Below, piece by piece: positions 23,264-24,183 of a DNA stretch of 24,183 bases. The notes beneath the pieces were generated by a model, which worked only from the letters and a program-made list of their open reading frames with translations, was not told the origin of the DNA and did no database searches. The position numbers and the translations under genes are program-made. Position 1 is the stretch's first letter. Each line of letters opens with the position of its first letter. This stretch comes from a virus (Duplodnaviria; Caudoviricetes): positions 1 to 24,183 of IMG/VR virus record IMGVR_UViG_3300020414_001611; one strand, 5' to 3'.

Positions 23264-23777
23264 GACAAGATTGTTTTATCTAATTCACAGTTTTCAAGAC
23301 AAAGAAGATCACAACGAAATGTTGGACTTCTATACGGATATAGATAATGAAGGATTTGAATGGGCAGGGGATTGCGGTGTTGATATTATTCCAATCACAC
23401 ATGCAGTTACAGGTCCACTATCTCCAGCATTAAAAGATGTAGTCTTTGAATTAAAGACGACGTATCAGTTTGATGTTGATGATTGCTATCTTTATTGGAT
23501 GTCAATCAATTCTTTTATTCCCATCGACAACTCTAGAAAAGACTATGACTTGACGTTATTGTATTTCTTAGAGTATAATAATGGTTACTCAAGGTTATTC
23601 CTTGAGGGTGATACAAACGCTACAGATGTCTGGAAACAAGTTGTATTCCCACCACTAAAAGGTGGAGATGCAATTATGATTCCTTCTCATGTTAAGTTTG
23701 GATTTACTAGACATCATCACCCAGATCTTATGAAGGTGTTGAGAGTGAATCTAAAAATGACACCATTGACAAACTAA
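23256..23777 (+). CDS. Divergent 2OG-Fe(II) oxygenase-fold protein lacking the canonical iron ligands
   Basis: LTLLYFLE...G..RLFL...GDAIMIPSHV...KVLRVNL matches the double-stranded beta-helix layout, but no HxD/E...H triad is seen. Confidence 0.55.
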   Translation: MTETRLFYLIHSFQDKEDHNEMLDFYTDIDNEGFEWAGDCGVDIIPITHAVTGPLSPALKDVVFELKTTYQFDVDDCYLYWMSINSFIPIDNSRKDYDLTLLYFLEYNNGYSRLFLEGDTNATDVWKQVVFPPLKGGDAIMIPSHVKFGFTRHHHPDLMKVLRVNLKMTPLTN

Positions 23778-23794
23778 TCTTTTCATTGTAAAAT
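23766..23794 (+). promoter_or_regulatory. Sigma70-type early promoter
   Basis: TTGACA 23766-23771, 17-nt spacer, TAAAAT 23789-23794. Confidence 0.7.
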
Positions 23795-24029
23795 GGCAGC
23801 AGTAATTTACAGCAACGGTAGTCAAGAGTGTGATCGGATGGCATCACTCTTAAAGTCTCTCGGCGGTGAATTTCTAGAGTATAAACTAAACAAACATTTT
23901 TCTCAAAAAGCATTTGAGCAAGAGTTTGGAAAAGATGCTACATATCCTCAGGTATCTATTGGTTATACTCACATCGGTAGCATGAAAGAAACCCTTCAAT
24001 ACATGAGTGATAGGGGAATGTTTCATTGA
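23793..24029 (+). CDS. Glutaredoxin-like protein (single Cys, SQEC)
   Basis: 78 aa, colinear with the 964..1200 protein: F..EFG..ATYPQV, HIG...ETL.Y. Confidence 0.8.
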   Translation: MAAVIYSNGSQECDRMASLLKSLGGEFLEYKLNKHFSQKAFEQEFGKDATYPQVSIGYTHIGSMKETLQYMSDRGMFH

Positions 24030-24030
24030 T

Positions 24031-24106
24031 GCCTTTTTAGCTCAGTTGGTAGAGCAGGGCTTTTGTAAAGCTCAGGTCGTCGGTTCGAGTCCGTCAGAAG
24101 GCTCCA
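24031..24106 (+). tRNA. trnT: tRNA-Thr(TGT)
   Basis: Acceptor GCCTTTT/AGAAGGC, anticodon arm GGGCT-TTTGTAA-AGCTC, encoded CCA 24104-24106; one U-U mismatch in the T-stem. Confidence 0.92.
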
Positions 24107-24179
24107 GGGGAATTAGCTCAGTTGGTAGAGCGCCTGCTTTGCAAGCAGGATGTCAGCGGTTCGAGTCCGCTATTCTCCA
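24107..24179 (+). tRNA. trnA: tRNA-Ala(TGC)
   Basis: Acceptor GGGGAAT/ATTCTCC with G3:U70, anticodon arm CCTGC-TTTGCAA-GCAGG; CCA not encoded. Confidence 0.96.
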
Positions 24180-24183
24180 TGGG

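Noticed and set aside
24181-24183. GGG as the start of a further tRNA
   Set aside because: Only 3 nt before the window ends; cannot be evaluated.

Overview
Core-genome segment of a T4-like cyanomyovirus, most likely a marine Synechococcus phage. Bases 1-7.6 kb hold small conserved genes plus a DNA metabolism and replication block: a putative small outer-membrane beta-barrel, glutaredoxin, ThyX, PhoH, exonuclease, gp33, gp59 and gp32. Bases 7.6-22 kb hold the baseplate/tail module: gp53 and gp48 on the minus strand, then gp4, a gp54-like gene, gp26, gp51, two large paralogous hub/tape-measure-like proteins, a gp27-like gene and gp5. That module is interrupted by the host-derived genes cp12 and cpeT and by tRNA-Val. 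Bases 22-24.2 kb hold small genes, two 2OG-Fe(II) oxygenase-fold genes, a second glutaredoxin-like gene and tRNAs Leu, Thr and Ala. Sigma70-type early promoters and T4-type TATAAATA late promoters are visible. The two most notable observations are (1) a complete -1 ribosomal frameshift signal (T TTT TTC, 5-nt spacer, stem-loop) that would fuse gp26 to a gp51 ORF lacking a good start, just upstream of the tape-measure-like genes, as in lambda G/GT tail chaperones, and (2) a candidate ~70-nt late small RNA with its own promoter and terminator directly behind the outer-membrane protein gene, which itself has a three-hairpin leader. Gene calls come from recognised motifs and gene order only; no searches were run.
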